A stretch of DNA of 64,000 nt from Octopus sinensis (Eukaryota), in assembly GCF_006345805.1 (NCBI RefSeq), contig NC_043003.1, positions 5,394,001 through 5,458,000 of the forward strand, given 5' to 3'. Position numbers and translations under genes: made by a program. Positions 50,603 through 62,894 of this stretch are shown in pieces; position 1 is the stretch's first letter; each line of letters starts with the position of its first letter. The notes below the pieces were generated by a model. The model was not told where the DNA came from. It was given only the letters and a program-made list of their open reading frames with translations, and ran no database searches.

Positions 50603-51213
50603 GCAATAAAATCTATTAAGTCATCTCCATGTCATAAAAGAGAAACAAGACTATGAGAAAGCACTTTGGTGCAGTACCGTCAACAAAGCGGTTTCAATTC
50701 GCAGCCGAAGATCCTTGACCACCAAAACTCATAAAAAATTATTCAACTCAAAATTGTCCCTCCTCCTTTATCTAAGATGTATTGGTCTCCTCAGTCTTAC
50801 AATTCGATACAATGGTCTCTAGCTTAGATAAGGAGTCTCGCATTTCTGCAAAAGTCGATTGTATTTATATTTGAATATGACTACTATTCCGTTGACCTTG
50901 GGCAGATCAATGACACAGTCGATATTTGAACTCAAAATGTAAAGTACACCGTTAAGTAAAGATTCAATTGTGAGACTTACATTCATCCATGTGTATAAAT
51001 TGACTTTATGACAATTATTTTTTCTTCAAATTAATTAGCCCTTTCTTTACCTGTCCTTAATAAGAGCCGATTGGTTTTTATTTTCTTCCTCCAAATCAAA
51101 GGAAAATCTTAACCAGGTTGCAGTTAATGCATGTAGCAGATTGTACATTACTCTTTTATTTATTCAACAAATTCATGATATTGGTTGATAAGAATTGTAT
51201 ATAGAACTCGTGT

Positions 51214-51275
<62 letters not shown>

Positions 51276-51311
51276 TGTGATGGTAGTCTCTGTGTATGAT
51301 GGTAGTCTCTT

Positions 51312-51541
51312 AAGGCGACGAGATGGCAGAACCGTTAGCACGTCGGCCGAAATGCGTAGCCGTATTTTGTCTGCCGTTACGTTCTGAGTTCAAACTCCGC
51401 CGAGGTCGACTTTGCCTTTCATCCTTTCGGGTCGATAAATTAAGTACCAGTTACGCACTGAGGTCGATGTAAACGACTTAATCCGTTTGTCAGTCCTTGT
51501 TTGTCCCCTCTGTGTTTAGCCCCTTGTGGGTAGTAAAGAAA
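51312..51541 (+). mobile_element. Full-length family A SINE ending in (TA)n
   Basis: AAGGCGACGAGATGGCAGAACCGTTAGC...GAGTTCAAACTCC...GTAAAGAAA then (TA)n. Confidence 0.92.
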
Positions 51542-51542
51542 C

Positions 51543-51586
<44 letters not shown>

Positions 51587-51849
51587 CGTATATATATATA
51601 TATAAGCATGCATGTATGTATGTACATGCATGGAGACATACATGCGTGCGCGCACACACGCACACACACACACATAATAACCTGCATTAATTAATCACAT
51701 TGCAAAGCTATTATCGCTGCGAAATATTTTCTTTCAGATAACTTGTTGAAACATTCGTACACACATACATTCATATATGTGTGTGTGTATATATATGTGC
51801 ATACATGTGTTGTGTGTGTGTGTGTGGTGTGTGTGTGTGTGTGTGTGTG

Positions 51850-51892
<43 letters not shown>

Positions 51893-52944
51893 ATATACTA
51901 ATAACGAAATACTAACGAAAGCGAAAGATAACGTTATGAGTTATTTAGGTGAGGACGAAAATAGTTTTATTTCTAATATAACGCTTTCTTCTTCTTCCTA
52001 TATCTTGTGTCTGAGTGATAGGAGAAGATTTTGTTTTATAGGTTTAAATCTGATCTAGCTTTCTTGTTGATAGCAAACACAAGAGAAGGAGACGAATTTT
52101 TCCATTAAAGTCTTGGAGCCACTCCTTTACAGGAAGCGCTATAAATATTAGGCAAAGAATAACACAGAACTTGGCAATTTCTCAACAACCTGTCAACATA
52201 AATTGCTACGATCTTTAACAACCATTTTTCATATTCATATATATTTTTCCTTCACAGCTTCATCTTCAAAATAAGCAGAGACCAGATCGAGCCAAATATA
52301 AATGTTATTCTCGTCTGACCGACACATCTATTGGTTACATAAGATTATCGGCTTTTGCTTTATAGAGTTCGCAAATTATAGATAGATATATTCTTGGTCT
52401 CACCCACTCATCTTTCTCTCCTCGTTTCACTCAGGCATCCTACTAAGCATGTTTGCGCTCCTTATCTTAACAATTTAATCATATCAAGCGCCGTTTGTAA
52501 CCAATAACTTTTCTCTTTTTAGATCTAACTTACGATATTTCAACTTAAACGCTTGCTGCTCTGACCTTAAATAGCTGTGCTGATCCAAAAACAATATTAT
52601 GGCCGAGAAAAAAAAGAGGAAACCTTTCATCCTATTGGTTGAATAATGGTGAAGTGAGTCCATGTATTCTAAACCTGACTCTGAAATCAGGAGAGTGAAA
52701 GGGGGAAGAAATGTGACCATAGTCATTTTAGGGAAACATCAAATAACAAAAACCAAGTTTGTCTTTTGTACTTTTTCCTCTTTCGTTCTTTCTCTCTATC
52801 TGCTTCTCCCTGTCTCTTTTATATACCTGTTTCTGTGTCAGTCTGTGTGTCTGTGTGAAAGCACGTGGTCAAGTGGTTAGGATATTGCACTCACGAACGT
52901 AAGATTATAGTCTCGATCCTCAGACCAACCACGCTCTCTTTTCT

Positions 52945-53331
52945 CTTTTACTTGTTTCAGTCATTTGACTGCAGCCATGCTGGAGCACCGCCTTTAATCG
53001 AGCAACTCGACTCCGGGACTTATTCTTTTGTAAGCCCAGTACTTATTCTATCGGTCTCTTTTGCCGAACCGCTAAGTAACGGGGACATAAACACACCAGC
53101 ATCGGTTGTCAAGCAATGCTAGGGGGACAAACACAGACACACAAACACACACGCCTATATATATATATACATATATACGACGGGCTTCTTTCAGTTTCCG
53201 TCTACTCACAAGGATTTGGTCCGCCCGAGGCTCTAGTAGAAGACAGTTGCCCAAGGTGCCACGCAGTGGGACTGAACCCGGAACCATGTGGTTGGTAAAC
53301 AAGCTACTTACCACACAGCCACTCCTGCGCC
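52945..53331 (-). mobile_element. tRNA-derived SINE, family B
   Basis: Near-consensus reverse complement of 15072-15465. Confidence 0.92.
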
Positions 53332-53494
53332 ATTATTTTTTTAGTAAAACACTTCTTTTCATGTTGTCCAATCCACTTAAATGTAAATGGGGGAGCCTGG
53401 TATTCTGTTCAATGTTAGTGTATGCTTGCTCACCTCCCCAACAGAATGACCTCCTCGAAAGCTACAACAATGCAGGAGAGGGCATTGTGAATAG

Positions 53495-54075
53495 CAGCGA
53501 GCTGGCAGAAACGTTAGCACGCCGGGCGAAATGCTTAGCGGTATTTCGTCTGCGTTACGTTGTGAGTTCAAATTCCGCCGAGGTCGACTTTGCCTTTCAT
53601 CCTTTCGGGGTCGATAAATTAAGTACCAGTTACGCATTGGGGTCGATGTAATCGACTTAATACCTATGTCTGTCCTTGTTTGTCCCCTCTGTGTTTAGCC
53701 CCTTGTGGGTAATAAAGAAATACGTATTTCGTCTGCCGTTACATTCTGAGTTCAAATTCCGCCGAGATCGACTTTACCTTTCTTCCTTTCGGGGTCGATA
53801 AATTAAGTACCAGTTACGCACTGGGGCCGATGGAATCGACTTAATCCCTTTGTCTGTCCTTGTGTGCAGCCCCTTGTGGGCAGTAAATAAATAGGTATTT
53901 CGTCTGCCGCTACGTTCTGAGTTCAAATTCCACCGAGGTCGACTTTGCCTTTCGTCCTTTCGGGATCAATTAAACAAGTACCAGTTACGCACTGGGGTCG
54001 ATGTAATCGACATATCTGTTTCTCTGTCCTTGTTTGTCCCCTCTGTGTTAAGCGCCTTGTGGGTAGCAAAGAAAT
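53495..54075 (+). mobile_element. Family A SINE trimer (full copy plus two head-truncated units)
   Basis: Junctions GAAATA|CGTATTTCGTC near 53720 and TAAATA|GGTATTTCGTC near 53893; array ends GAAATAGGT. Confidence 0.93.
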
Positions 54076-54140
54076 AGGTGAATAACAGCATCTGACAGAC
54101 TATCCATACTCGATACAATTATTCAGACACACACAGATAT

Positions 54141-54192
<52 letters not shown>

Positions 54193-54715
54193 GTATGTTT
54201 TAACCAAGGATTGGCCCAGTTCATGTCTAAATTAATAGTATAACCTAATAAAATTTGTAAAGTCAATCTTCAGTCAGGTATCGGGGAATCGTGGCCCATT
54301 CAAGTGGGGAGTTTTTTTATTGTGATGTATCCTTGTAAAAGTGGTTTATTTGGTACCCCTTGAAAAAAAATGTATCCAAGTTTCGTTTGAATTATATGGG
54401 AAGTATTTTTACTTTCGTTGATTGCTTTAGGGATAATGTTAAATTGAGCAGGACCTGTTGAGCAAATGAAATACTATTGTGCTGAATTTATGTTTTGTAA
54501 AGCTGAATTTTGTAAGGGGTGTATGGCACGTGGCCCCAGCCTTGGATGAGTTCCTACGGGCAAGGTTGATGGAATATTCTGGACATTATACAAATGGTAT
54601 CACACACACGGAACCATACACACATATACACATGGGGAAGTGTATGTGTGCATATATCTATCTAACTATCTATCTATCTATCTATCTATCTCTCTCTCTA
54701 TATATATATATAAAT

Positions 54716-55230
54716 ATAGTTATGGTATATTCTGTTAAGAAGGTAGTAGAGTACAGTATAAAACTCGTCCACCTTCTGACTTACTCAGTGCTATCCAGTA
54801 GTTGTATTATACGTACTTCTAGGTTTACGTTTGGGTATCTGTCGTGTGTAAATAGATAACGGAAAAAAGTGGAGTCAACAAGAAGGAGTACGGTTGGACA
54901 AATATTTTCTAATCACTACAATTGTTTCCACGCCACGTAGTTCTCAACATACTTGATTATGTGACTGTTTCCCTGCATCATGAGATCTAGCTGTATTTCT
55001 TCAGATGTTATGTAAATATTGTATCCGTAAGTTCAAAATCCTCGGTTTCAAGAACATCCTCTCTGTTGCGTTTTCGCCTGAGAAAACACAACTAGATCTC
55101 ATAATGCAGGTAAATAGTTATATAATCAATTACCTGCACACCTGGAGAACTGCGTTGCGTGGAAACAATTGCAGTGATTAAAAAGCAAATGCCCAATCTT
55201 ACTTCTTCATATTGACTACAACTGTTTCAG

Positions 55231-55232
<2 letters not shown>
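54716..55232. mobile_element. Head-to-head Penelope-like terminal fragments with two long-loop hammerhead motifs
   Basis: Minus 54913-55008: CTGAAGA...GAAAC-AATT-GTA-GTGA; plus 55074-55177: TCGC-CTGAGAA...GAAAC-AATT-GCA-GTGA; both tails end in TA-rich repeats. Confidence 0.7.
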
Positions 55233-55291
<59 letters not shown>

Positions 55292-55402
55292 ATATATACC
55301 GGAGTAAACACATAAATGTGAAACAAGGTGGAAAAAAGAGTACTAAAATACCAGTGGTAGAGTAATATGCTTTATTTTAAGCAGCAGAAAATTCAACAAA
55401 AT

Positions 55403-55440
55403 CTGCTACTCTGAGTTTCTCGTTGCCGTTCATCAGACAG
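55403..55440 (-). ncRNA. Type I minimal hammerhead ribozyme, core intact
   Basis: Minus strand CTGT-CTGATGA-A-CG-GCAA-CG-A-GAA-ACTC-A-GAGT-A-GCAG: stem I 4 bp, GNRA loop II, GUA triplet, 10.1/11.1 A-A mismatch; the tail runs to (TA)n at about 55298. Confidence 0.7.
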
Positions 55441-55464
55441 TTATGTGCCTATGTGTCTGCATGA

Positions 55465-55499
<35 letters not shown>

Positions 55500-55502
<3 letters not shown>

Positions 55503-55800
55503 TAAGTCAAGGTAGAAAATGCTAAAATAATTTTATAATAAAAAACATTTTAGTACCGGTTTCAGTCATTGACATATATCCCACTGCTAGATCTTCCGCA
55601 GTTTTTACTGATGGCCTTAGTGTTGTTGCTGAGTGCATTCGGGCTAGTGTTAGGAGTCTTTTCATAGATTTGGACTGTCTCTTGCTTTTTATGATGGTGT
55701 ATATTTGGAGGATTAAGTTCATTCTGTGGTCCTGTTTTAGCAGGGGAATATTTTGAAGGATGGTTTCGAAGCCTTCATTGTTAAGTATGTGGAGATGTAT
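55500..55800 (-). mobile_element. Penelope-like terminal fragment with decayed hammerhead
   Basis: Minus strand CTGCGGA-A-GATC...GACT-GAAAC-CG-GTA at 55553-55601; tail ends near (TA)n at about 55495. Confidence 0.5.
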
Positions 55801-56408
55801 GGCAGGGCTTTTGGTTGTATATATAACTTAGTTCATAGACGTCGGCATGGCTTTGTACCTTAGAAATTTGCATTGCAACGATTGGTTCACTCCAAAGTAT
55901 CAAGCCGACCAATACCCTTGTTTGGTAGGGGAACTGAAACTGGCATCAGCTTGTATTTCGTGTCTGTCTCCGAACCGCTTCATAAACCAGGGTTACCTTG
56001 TGTATATCCCCTGTTTTATGTCACTTAGCGATTCGGCATAACAAACCGATAGATAATGTGCATCAGTTAAGCTGATGCCAGTAAAATATACACCCATACA
56101 CACACATACACACAGAGACACATACAGTGACACATATGTGTGTGTTTGCGCGCGCACGTATATTTATATTTGTATATATACAGGGTGGATCATAGCGACG
56201 AGACAGTTACATAATAAATATATTTGTACTCTATGGCATTTTTATAATCAAGTTTCTACCTTTTAAAATGCGGACTATCTTCATGGCCTACCCTGTATAT
56301 GCGTATGTATGCGCTCATATATGTTTCTCGTACTGTTAGCGTTCCGTATTTCAGTCCAGTGTGTTAGTATTAATGTGGTAACATCGTAGTTTCGTCTTGG
56401 TATACGTT

Positions 56409-56477
56409 TGGCTGAAGAAGGTAAAGCAAATATGGGTGAGAGACATATCTTGCAAAACCTGAAACCTGCAGGTACCA
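56409..56477 (+). ncRNA. Type I hammerhead ribozyme, fully intact core and stems
   Basis: Stem I TGG/CCA, CTGAAGA 56412-56418, stem II AGGT/ACCT extended by GCAAATATG/CATATCTTGC, GAA, perfect 10-nt palindrome ACCTGCAGGT, GUA triplet (A at 56474). Confidence 0.85.
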
Positions 56478-56720
56478 CATTATCCATTTTCCGGGTGTTT
56501 CATCTTTCAGATGTTCTCCCTGGAGGTAAGACGGTTTTTTTTTCTCTATTTTGTTGCACACACGCATTTTTACTAATACATACGCGGTGAAGCTACACAT
56601 TAGCGTCGTATTTTTACGTTCGCTATTTCCAGTAAATATCGGTACTTAGTTGTGCCATTTATTTACTAATTTGTATATATCGGCGATTATAATTAATTTT
56701 ATTGTATCGCATTTATCTTT

Positions 56721-56760
<40 letters not shown>

Positions 56761-57074
56761 GTGTGTATGTCTGTATGTGTATGTGTGTGTGTGTGTATGT
56801 GTGTGTCTGTGTGTAGATGCACACACACACATATCTTTTAATGACTACGTAGAGATGTACTAGGGGTACCTGAACTGATGTCTCTTCGGTGAAATAGCCC
56901 GCAAATGAAGCAGAAGCACATCTGATATTCATCTAGTAGTGTCCCTTTCGTTATGACAAGTCACTCTTCATATTCTCATACCTCCTACTCTCTATACGAC
57001 ACCACTTACAATATATGCTATCTTTCGTTTCAAACGGAATCGCCAGCTAGAGTGGTATATACATGTTCTTTTAT

Positions 57075-57260
57075 TTCTTATCCCTTTACTGGTTTCAGTC
57101 ATTTTGACTGCGGACATGGTGGAGCAACACCTTTACTCAGACCACAAGACTTATTCTATCGTTTTCGTTTGCCGAACCACTAGGTTACGGGGACGTAGAC
57201 ACGCCAGCATCGGTTGTCAAGCGGTGTTGATGTGGGGGACAAACACTGACACACAACTTA
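57075..57260 (-). mobile_element. Family B SINE 3' half
   Basis: TACTGGTTTCAGTCATTTTGACTGCGG...GCATCGGTTGTCAAGCG. Confidence 0.8.
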
Positions 57261-57269
57261 TACACGCAC

Positions 57270-57277
57270 ATACATAT

Positions 57278-57332
<55 letters not shown>

Positions 57333-57335
57333 GTG

Positions 57336-57376
<41 letters not shown>

Positions 57377-57526
57377 GTATGTGCATGTATATATATATAT
57401 GTGTGTATATATATATATAATATATATATATATATACACATATACATATATATATGTATGTATATATATATATATATCTGTGTGTATATATATATATACA
57501 CATACATATATATGTATGTATGTATG

Positions 57527-57581
<55 letters not shown>

Positions 57582-57610
57582 TATATACATACAAGTGTAT
57601 GTATGTATGT
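57270..57610. repeat. (TA)n/(TATG)n microsatellite
   Basis: Direct inspection. Confidence 0.95.
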
Positions 57611-57920
57611 CTATGTGTAGTTATGGCATTTTCTGTAAAGTACGTGGTAGAGGACAGTATAAAGCTCATCCACCTCCACGTTGACCCTGGGCTATCCAGT
57701 AGTAGTGTTATACGTACTTCTAGATTTGCCTTTGGGCATACGTCGTGTGTGAATAGATATTTGAAGAAATTGGAGTCAACAATAAGGATTACGGTTGGAT
57801 AATTATCTTCAATCACTAGAATTGTTTCTACGCTTAGAGAACCACGTTGCGCAGAAACAATTGTAGTGATTAAAAAATACATGTCCAACCGTACTTCTTG
57901 TTGCCTCCAATTTTTTTCCA
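57605..57920. mobile_element. Internally deleted fold-back copy of the 54716-55232 family
   Basis: 57605-57800 aligns with 54716-54900; centre AATCACTAGAATTGTTTC...GAAACAATTGTAGTGATT retains only the 3' hammerhead halves. Confidence 0.75.
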
Positions 57921-58967
57921 ATTATATGTGTATGTGTATGCGTGCATGTGTGTGTGGGCATATGTGTGTGTCTGTGTGTGTGTGTGAGTGTGTGTATAAT
58001 ATTGGTCAAGTTAGTATCTCGTTATTCATGATTCTCCGAGGGTTCCCAGGCTACTCAGGCAAGTCATAACTTACCCGACATTAACAAAATAAGATGTATT
58101 ATCAAAGTCTTCTATATTATTGTATATTCCTCTTTTTTCTACCGATATTTAACACCAAACAGATAATATATGTGCGTATGCACACACACACACACACACA
58201 GCATAAGCACACCTCTCTCCGTTGCTTCTGTCTAAATCTTAACTCCTGTATTCTCTAACCTCATCTCTGACTTCCTCCGATCTATGTTTCTAGATCCTGA
58301 CCACATCTATGTCAATGTATGAAAAACTATTTCAACATGTGAATTTTAACAACACCAACATGATCGGAATCTATAAGCAGTATTTCAAAATCCTTCCGCT
58401 AGTTTAAAGTTACGACTCTCTTCATGATGGGGCTATTTTAATGCAGGGACTATTTTCATTAGCGTGCAATTTGGCTTCATTAGAATTCAGAACAAATGAT
58501 TCTTCTCGCCTGATCTCGTTTTAGATTCTATCTAGCAATCGATTCTACCAGAGAGAAAGAATTAGATATATTATGAGTTTTATAGCGAGCTAGATGGATA
58601 TACATATACACATAAATACACACACACCACACACACATATATGTATGTATATGTGTGTGTGTGCACATATATATGCATATATATATATATACATGTATAT
58701 ACATGTGTATATGTATATATATACATACATATATATATACACGTATATATATATATGTAAACATATATATATACACGTATATATCGTATGTATATATATA
58801 AACATATATAGGTATCTTTATATATCGATTTATCTCTCTCTCTCTTTCTATATATATATATATTTACTGTCGTTCGTCCATATATTAGAGAGATATATAG
58901 ATAGGTCGAGGGACAGATAAATAGATAACTAGATACTTAGGTGGATGCATACAGTGACAGGAAGAAA

Positions 58968-58968
58968 G

Positions 58969-59048
<80 letters not shown>
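58968..59048. repeat. (GATA)n microsatellite
   Basis: About 20 units. Confidence 0.97.
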
Positions 59049-59539
59049 TAGAAAGCCATATAGATAATAGATAATATCCCTCGATATTTTTTCACCCAAA
59101 CTTTCATTTTAATCCTTCTGAATTACTCATCTTCAAAACCTTTCGCTATTTTCTCAGTCTGAATTCTTCGAGAAATGTTTGCTGCTCCAGATTTTTTCCT
59201 TTCTTTCTTCATTATTATTTTTTTTATCTATATTTTTACCATTCATTCGTTCTACCATCACCTCCTTCTTATTTTCATTATTTTATTCTAAATTTGAGAT
59301 ATTTTTCTATTATTTTTCTCTTGCAATCTTCGTTTTTCTTCTAAAATTTGATTCTTCGTATGTCGTAGAATTTTCCATTCGCAAGGTTTAATCCCACAAA
59401 ACATCAAATACAAACATTTTGGCATCTTCCATCAAATTTGATTAGAAGGAATTTAATAAAATTATTTTACAATTCCAGGCAACATGTAAACGTCTGGTCT
59501 CTACATAAGAAAGGAATTATTCGATCTGTGTTAGGTTCA

Positions 59540-59800
59540 TTGATGTTGTTGCGCTTGCATTTGTGGCTGTCGTTGTTGTTGCTGTTATTGTTGTATTTGT
59601 TGTTGTTGTTGTTGCTATTACTGTTGTTATTGATGTTGATGTTAATGTAGTGGTTGCGTTTCTGCTGTTATTGTGGCTCTTACAATTGTTGTTGCTGTTA
59701 CTGCTGCTGCTGCTGCTGATGTTACTATTGTTGTTGTTATTATTATTATTATTATTATTGTTGTTGTTGTTGCTGTTGTTGTTGTTGTTGTTGTAGCTGC
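59540..59800. repeat. Mixed (GTT)n/(GCT)n/(ATT)n trinucleotide tract
   Basis: Explains the poly-L/V/I ORFs. Confidence 0.93.
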
Positions 59801-60239
59801 TATTATTTATGGTTATCGTTTTGATAGTGTTGTTAAAAATGTTATTGTTACACCGCTTTATAGTTCATTTCAAATTGTTACTTGAAGGCAAGAAAAACAC
59901 AATTTATGATTTTTATTTTGAAATTCCAAACAAATGATTTTCTTATCAAGATTTTTCTAACGCTTTCCGTTTCTTAAATTATGCTCCAATATGTTCAACT
60001 CCATGAAACAAAACTTAAATCTTGACATCAAAAGCTTTACATCAAAACCTGTTGAATAAAATTACGAATTTACTGTCTAACTATCCTTGTATATTTCTGA
60101 AGTACACAAGAAGATAAATCAGAACGAGAATTATATTATTTTAAATAAATTCACTTTAACCTTCAATGTCCAAACGTATTGAGGATTCTTGTAAATATCT
60201 CAAACCTAAATTGATGCATACTTGAAAATATATTTGTGC

Positions 60240-60240
60240 G

Positions 60241-60295
<55 letters not shown>

Positions 60296-60636
60296 ACATA
60301 TATATATACACATAATATATACCATATATATATACACATATATATATACACATATATATATACACAAAATATATACTATACACATATATATACACATATA
60401 TATATACAATATATATATACATATAATATATACATATATATATATACATAATATATATACATATAATATACATATATATATACTATATTATACATATATA
60501 TACCATATATATATATATATCCATATATACATATATATACATATATATATACATATATATACATATAATATACATATATATACATATATATATACATATA
60601 TACATATATATATATAGATATGTATATACATATATC

Positions 60637-60691
<55 letters not shown>

Positions 60692-60896
60692 CATATATTA
60701 CATATATTATATATATACATATATATTATACATATATATATATACATACATATATATATATACATATATATATACATATATATAATACATTATATACATA
60801 TATATATATCCAACATATATATATATACATATTATATATACATATATAATATATATATATATTCTATATATATATAATATATATATATATATATAC

Positions 60897-60947
<51 letters not shown>

Positions 60948-61050
60948 TACATATATAATACATATGTATATATAATACATATATATATATATATACATAT
61001 ATTTATATATATACATATATATAACATATATATATAATATATACAAAAAC
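60240..61050. repeat. About 800-bp degenerate (TA)n field
   Basis: Direct inspection. Confidence 0.97.
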
Positions 61051-61144
61051 ATGTATACAATTCTGAAATGATTCATTTAATATGATATATACTTATCTAC
61101 GTATGAAAATGTTTAAAACGAAAAGACACAAAAAAATATATTAG

Positions 61145-61175
<31 letters not shown>

Positions 61176-61344
61176 TTCATACAAATTTATCCTTGTGTAT
61201 TTCTTTAAATGAAAAGAAGATAAATCAAAATAAAGGACCATGTCTTTGTCAATAAATTCACTTCAACATTCAATGACCATACATCGAGGAGTATTGTAAA
61301 TATATCCCAACGTCTTGTCAATAATCGAGAAAGACACACACAAC

Positions 61345-61750
61345 TTTGTATGTACATATGTATGCATGTATGTATGTATGTATGTATGTATGTATGTACG
61401 TATGTACGTATGTATGCATGAATGTATGTATGCATGTCTGTATGTACGTATGTACGTATGTATGCATGTATGTATGTATGTATGCGTGTATGTATGTATG
61501 TATGTATGTATGTATGTGTATATGTATGTTTGTATGTATATATATGTATATATGTATGTATGCATGTATGTATGTATGTACATATGTATGCATGTATGTA
61601 TGTATGTATGCATGTATGTATGTATGCGTGTATGTATGTATGTACATAAGTATGCATGTATCTATGTATGTATGCATGTATGCGTGTATGTACGTATATA
61701 CATATATTATATACATATGTGTGTGTGTGTCTATGTATGTATGTATGTAT
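61345..61750. repeat. (TATG)n microsatellite
   Basis: Direct inspection. Confidence 0.97.
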
Positions 61751-62483
61751 GTATTCATCATGTTGTTAGTAATTGTTATCGAGTGTGCTTTCATGGTAGC
61801 CATCTTAATATCTCATAACGAAATTGCATTCTACCCAATCTATATTTTCATATTTATTGAGCTCGCTGCCAAAGCGCTTTAAACCAAAAAATATCTTCGT
61901 TATCCTTCCAAAAACTTTATTTCTATTATCAATATGTGTGTATTTTCTTTACATATTAGTATATGCGCATGCGCGTAATATATATATGCGTATACATCTT
62001 TACACATGAAATACACGGCTGCACATTGTTTCTAATGAGAGCGGGCGTGGCTGATGAGACCGATACGTGATAGGCAGATCTTGCGGCACTGAAGGTTCTG
62101 CAGCATTTGAGGGACACCAAGCAACAGCCTCTTCTCTACTGTGTTCGGTTTCAAAGTTCTCTATTCCAGCATTACACACGGACGTCTAGCAATATCTGGA
62201 GGCGGAGAGCGGTGAATATCTTGGATCAACGCTATCATCACCTTTGATGAGCCATCAGAAGAGCTACGTGTAACTTCAAATCCTGAACTAGTTCACTTGC
62301 TTCCAATATGATTTCGTTTAAGAGTAAGTCTACCGGACAGCCCACGCAGTAGTAAATTGTGCAAAACCAGAAGCTGTCACTATGGCGTGAATTTGTACAG
62401 TTTCTGTCGACTGGAATTTCGTTCACGAAGTTCACTGGAGACTGCAGTAGAAATTGTGAAGCAAACATTTTTTAACTGCGCCG

Positions 62484-62550
<67 letters not shown>

Positions 62551-62553
<3 letters not shown>

Positions 62554-62828
62554 TGAAGGGATACCAGAAAAATTTAGACAACTTTCCAGGTGAACCATGT
62601 CTCAAGGAAATCCAAATGATTGTGCCGAGAAGTAGAACCCACATCCTTAGAAAAAACACTCAATTTAAATGTTTGTGTTGTATTATGTGGAGGTATTTCT
62701 CTACTGTTCTCGCCACTTCCCCTCCCCAAGCTTTCAGTTATATTTCAACACCTCTTTACCAACACTTGCCCTGGGTTCTTGGGTGTAACCCGGCAGGTGA
62801 TTGCATCAAACATGCAGGTTAAAAGTAA

Positions 62829-62829
<1 letters not shown>
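62551..62829 (+). mobile_element. Severely 5'-truncated R4/Dong-like element embedded in (TAA)n
   Basis: NLDNFPGEPCLKEIQMIVPRSRTHILRK resembles the R4-clade terminus L.KIPG.P...EIQKIVL..TAHILRK; (TAA)n at 62484-62550 and 62830-62885. Confidence 0.75.
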
Positions 62830-62886
<57 letters not shown>

Positions 62887-62894
62887 TGATGATG

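Noticed and set aside
52235-52365. Strong acceptor-like TTTTTCCTTCACAG followed by a short open frame
   Set aside because: No donor before the stops and no recognisable peptide.
59563-59885. Poly-Leu/Val/Ile ORFs resembling membrane proteins
   Set aside because: They are translations of a trinucleotide microsatellite.
62046-62075. CTGATGA-GACC-GATAC-GTG minimal-hammerhead-like string
   Set aside because: A14 and the cleavage nucleotide are both non-canonical and stem I does not pair.
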